This document shows positions 60,631 through 64,000 of a stretch of DNA of 64,000 bases, piece after piece (within the stretch, counting starts at the first letter, position 1; each line of letters begins with the position of its first letter). The stretch is from Candidatus Binataceae bacterium (GTDB lineage Bacteria > Desulfobacterota > Binatia > Binatales > Binataceae). The stretch is taken from NCBI GenBank assembly GCA_030041155.1, contig JASHOJ010000078.1, positions 751 to 64,750 of the forward strand. Reading direction: 5' to 3'. The notes beneath the pieces are model-generated. The model did no database searches. It was not told the origin of the DNA and worked only from the letters and a program-made list of their open reading frames with translations. A program made the translations under genes and the position numbers.

Positions 60631-60930
60631 ATGACTCATCGGGTCGACTACGACAAAATCGCGCCTACCTTTGACGCGCGGTACTCGGGTGGAGGTTATC
60701 GAGACCTGCTGCGGAAGATGCGCTCGAAGATCCTTGCCGCCAATCCCGCATACACACTTGAGGTTGGTTGCGGCACGGGCTATTGGCTCTTCGGGCTCGG
60801 CGATCTGTTGCCGCATGTCTATGGCGTAGACTATTCGCTTCAGATGCTGCGCCAAGCCCGCGGCAGAGATCCTAATATCCAGGTAAGCGTCGATATAGCG
60901 ATGATGTCGGTGCACGCGATCGTCGCTTAG
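60631..60930 (+). pseudogene. Truncated class I SAM methyltransferase
   Basis: YDKIAPTFD, LEVGCGTG, GVDYSLQML present; later motifs missing; ends at the lptE stop. Confidence 0.65.
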
Positions 60931-61583
60931 ATTCCCCACGCCATGTCGGTGTAAAGCTCGCTTGCAAGGCTCTGCATCATTCGCTGCTTACCAACGGCCT
61001 GCTGAGTTGCCGCAACCTGCATGTCCGGCATTTTCGCAAGATCCTGCCCGCGCAGATTCTGCTGGAGCATCGCCGGGGTAGTGGGAATGATCGCCTGACT
61101 TATAACCGGGATGCTACCGCCGCGGCTGGCGATACCGGGGGTGCTCCACACGACTTTTTTGGTCTTGCCATCGAGCAGCTTCGCGGTGATCGTCAGGGTG
61201 TCCACATAATCGAGCGGCTCCGCAATCGCGTTCGTGGTCTTTGCCGCGGTGCCATAATAAAGAATGGTACCGGTCAGGATCAGATCTGCGTCGGACTTAT
61301 CCGAGACCACCACCAGCCGCCCGCGTGACGAGATCTCCTGCTTGATCGCAAGAGTCATCTGATCGTCGACACCCGGCACCCGCGTATTATTAACGAAGCG
61401 TTCAACATAAATGGTTTTTTCCGAGTCAGGCAAGGTTCCGTTCGCGGCTATGCTGAGACTGCATCCCTGAACCACGATAATGGTGAGCAAGGCCAGCAAG
61501 CCAATTGAAAAAGTCATGAACTTCAGAAAGCCGGGCTTGGAATATGCGCCAGCAACGATGCCATGAACCAGGTTATTCATCAT
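60927..61583 (-). CDS. lptE: LptE family lipoprotein
   Basis: Lipobox VQGC; TIYVERFVNNT, ADLILTGTI, KVVWS; adjacent to lptD. True start may be downstream (about 61517). Confidence 0.78.
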   Translation of the reverse strand: MMNNLVHGIVAGAYSKPGFLKFMTFSIGLLALLTIIVVQGCSLSIAANGTLPDSEKTIYVERFVNNTRVPGVDDQMTLAIKQEISSRGRLVVVSDKSDADLILTGTILYYGTAAKTTNAIAEPLDYVDTLTITAKLLDGKTKKVVWSTPGIASRGGSIPVISQAIIPTTPAMLQQNLRGQDLAKMPDMQVAATQQAVGKQRMMQSLASELYTDMAWGI

Positions 61584-64000
61584 CGGATCTCCGGCGACGG
61601 AGCCTGAATGGTCGGTTGTTCAGGAGCGCGCGCCATCGGCAGAAGACCCATGGCCTGAAATGGGTTTAGGCCAAAGGGTGCTTCGCCTATCGAACCCAGT
61701 CCGCCCAGAGTTACTTGAAACGAAACCGTGGTGTCGTTTGGGTTGTAGGTCTGAGTAAATCCAAGATCCAGGAACCAGCAATCACAAGCCGACTTGAGTC
61801 GTACTCCTATGATATCGTCCAGCAGGCGATGGGCGTCCACGTCGTAGACGGGAGCAAAGTATGCACCGAAGTAATGCGTCAGGTCTGTATAAGCCCGCGC
61901 GGTTACCATTGATGTAGCATTAGTCGAGGAACTTGGCGCCTGCAGCACCGCGTTGGGCGCCGCATAGGTGTATGATATTTGCAGATAGCTGCCGATCGAT
62001 TCATGACCGATATAGATATTAGGAACGCTCTGGCCGGGAGGTTGAAATTGAAGCCCGAAGCTGGCCGCGTCGAGTCCCTGCGGCGAACGTGGGCTCCAGT
62101 CGACGCTGGTAACACCCGAAATCAGCCGATTAGGAAAAACGTTAAAGCCAGCAGCGATGTCTGACAGCCGCGCTCCATCCGGCGCTATCTGATAGTGGGT
62201 GTCGTAAGCCTCCTCGACACTGAAGCGCAGAAGCTCCGCGGTTCGGCCGCTTTCGGTGCTGAAGCTTGGTCCTACAAGACCTCGCGCGATGCTGTTGGAG
62301 TTGTTGGTGGCGGTCAGATCTTCGCTGGTGCTGCTTCCGCTGGTCATGAATATTCGCGTCGAGAATCCATAAAAGACGATGCTCCGTGCGTTGATGCGGT
62401 CAGTCTCGTCGAACAGAGGAAAGCGGGTCTGATCAACGGGCGGAATGTATTGGTACTCGACGGTTGGCACAGTCAGAGTGGTTATTTTGCCTAGCCCAAT
62501 CGAGCTTAGATCGGAACGCCCCAATATAGCGGTGCGCACACCGGCATCGACGTCTGGCACTACCTTCCCCATCAACCCTCCTTGCTCAAGCGGCCCCAGA
62601 GCAAGGTTGTTGTTGTAGATTCTCCCATGAGTGCCTACCGGAATGATTTTGACCTCATGGCCCGATACGTCATAACCGGTCGCGTCGAAACCGCCCGTAA
62701 CCCAGCCATCAAGATAGTGGCTCAACGTCAACGGTATAGTCAGTTGCGGATCGGCATCGACGCGGTATCCATCGACACCTTCCTGGCGCCAATAATCCAC
62801 CGCCGATGCGGTGTAGGTCAGATATGCCAGACCGTTGGCGAGATTCTGATAGCCGTTCCAGTTGTAGCCTGGTAGTGTCTGCAGCGCGAATCTCTGAGGC
62901 TGAATCAGGTCCTGGTTCCAGACCCCGCCAAGCTGCATGTAGCTATTATCAAACGACTGATGCAGCCCCAGATCGGACACCGCTTCACGGGTCGTGAGCC
63001 AGTTGCCGGTGTTCCATCCATAAAGGCCCGATAACGCGGGGGTAGCCGCCTCGCGAAAGAAAAGACTGTCACCTGAAGAGGTCGCGGTCCCATACGCATA
63101 CAGGTCTGGGGTAAGGTGTTCCTCCATCAATCCTACAATCCCCCAACGATTGATCGGGATGGTTGGATTAGCAATTTGCGGGTCTACGATGTCGCTTTGG
63201 CGATTGGCGTCGGAGCGAAAGCTCTCATTGTAGTAGCTGGTGGTGAACTGCAGGAAATCGTCCTTGCCATCAACCCTCCGATATTCCAACAAAGCCCCTG
63301 CGCGCGCCGAGCTCTCGAAATCGCCCGCGATGGTTATGTCCTGATTCGGCGCCAAATCGATATAGTACGGCTCCAGCAAAGTGAATCCGCGCAGTGTCGA
63401 GTAACTGAAAGAGGGGCTCAGGAATCCGCTGTGCCGCTCCGAACTGGTGTTGTATTCAAGATACGGCAGCGGAATGGCCTCACGATTCAGAATGTTGAAC
63501 TGGCCGTCAGTGCCCGTCATCATGCCATTGACCGTCAGGTTCATCTGCTTTGCGCTAAGGCTCCAGTCCGGACGAGTGCTATTACATGTGCAGGTGGTGA
63601 TGGTCGCGTTTTCTGCGTGATAATTCTGCCCTAGCGTCTTCGTGAGCTTGCTTCCGGTCAGGTAATAGCTGTTGTCGAGCGCCGCAACTCTGGCGTGGTA
63701 CATGGTTGCTTCTTCAGTCGTCAGGTCCAGCGTCCCTTCCGTCGCATAGATATTTGAACTCGGATCGGTCAGATGGACGTTGCCCAGGGCGTGGACTTTC
63801 GTCCCGTTCCGAAACTTGATCGTATTAGCGGTCACTGTGGTTGGACCCTCGGTAACCTTCGCCTGTCCCGAGACAGTCCATAGATTGAGTTTTCGATCGT
63901 AGACGATGGTTTTGCCGCTTATGAAAACCGGTTGCCGCGCTTTGCTACTTGCCTCCAGCGGCTGAAGCTTCTGCTGAATGATCCCGGATGCGGTGGGCAA
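61580..64000 (-). CDS. lptD: LptD LPS-assembly protein (5' end outside window)
   Basis: OstA-like N-domain, ITTCTC..PDWSLSA, RHSGFLSP, PYYID, C-terminal CDCW and FQVTLGGLGS. Confidence 0.88.
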   Translation of the reverse strand: MPTASGIIQQKLQPLEASSKARQPVFISGKTIVYDRKLNLWTVSGQAKVTEGPTTVTANTIKFRNGTKVHALGNVHLTDPSSNIYATEGTLDLTTEEATMYHARVAALDNSYYLTGSKLTKTLGQNYHAENATITTCTCNSTRPDWSLSAKQMNLTVNGMMTGTDGQFNILNREAIPLPYLEYNTSSERHSGFLSPSFSYSTLRGFTLLEPYYIDLAPNQDITIAGDFESSARAGALLEYRRVDGKDDFLQFTTSYYNESFRSDANRQSDIVDPQIANPTIPINRWGIVGLMEEHLTPDLYAYGTATSSGDSLFFREAATPALSGLYGWNTGNWLTTREAVSDLGLHQSFDNSYMQLGGVWNQDLIQPQRFALQTLPGYNWNGYQNLANGLAYLTYTASAVDYWRQEGVDGYRVDADPQLTIPLTLSHYLDGWVTGGFDATGYDVSGHEVKIIPVGTHGRIYNNNLALGPLEQGGLMGKVVPDVDAGVRTAILGRSDLSSIGLGKITTLTVPTVEYQYIPPVDQTRFPLFDETDRINARSIVFYGFSTRIFMTSGSSTSEDLTATNNSNSIARGLVGPSFSTESGRTAELLRFSVEEAYDTHYQIAPDGARLSDIAAGFNVFPNRLISGVTSVDWSPRSPQGLDAASFGLQFQPPGQSVPNIYIGHESIGSYLQISYTYAAPNAVLQAPSSSTNATSMVTARAYTDLTHYFGAYFAPVYDVDAHRLLDDIIGVRLKSACDCWFLDLGFTQTYNPNDTTVSFQVTLGGLGSIGEAPFGLNPFQAMGLLPMARAPEQPTIQAPSPEIR

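Noticed and set aside
1-64000. tRNA (including tRNA-Sec), rRNA, integrase or intact transposase
   Set aside because: None recognised by eye in the intergenic regions; tRNAscan-SE or Infernal would be needed to exclude them.

Overview
High-GC, gene-dense chromosomal segment of a diderm (Gram-negative type) bacterium; gene content and style suggest a Binatota/Deltaproteobacteria-like soil organism (inference only). It is dominated by catabolic and redox enzymes: two paralogous P450s, a Rieske dioxygenase alpha/beta/dihydrodiol-dehydrogenase unit, four luciferase-like oxidoreductases, CoA-ester enzymes, amidohydrolases, a MarR-EmrAB efflux unit, secreted hydrolases, a multicopper oxidase, a propionyl-CoA carboxylase/methylmalonyl-CoA mutase run, coupled cbiA-chdC, and an lptD-lptE pair at the right edge. 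The best-supported feature missing from the ORF track is a 76-aa Rdx/SelW-family selenoprotein (33266-33496, minus strand, CxxU) with a SECIS-like hairpin, a probable leaderless promoter and two competing complements to the UGA-containing segment. Also notable: an AliB-like acyl-CoA dehydrogenase with an in-frame TAG at a conserved Glu, three enzymes with substituted catalytic-site residues, an atypical-composition three-gene islet (about 43-46.7 kb) and a decay junction at about 60.5 kb. No rRNA, tRNA, CRISPR array or intact transposase was seen. All family calls are from motif recognition, not database searches.
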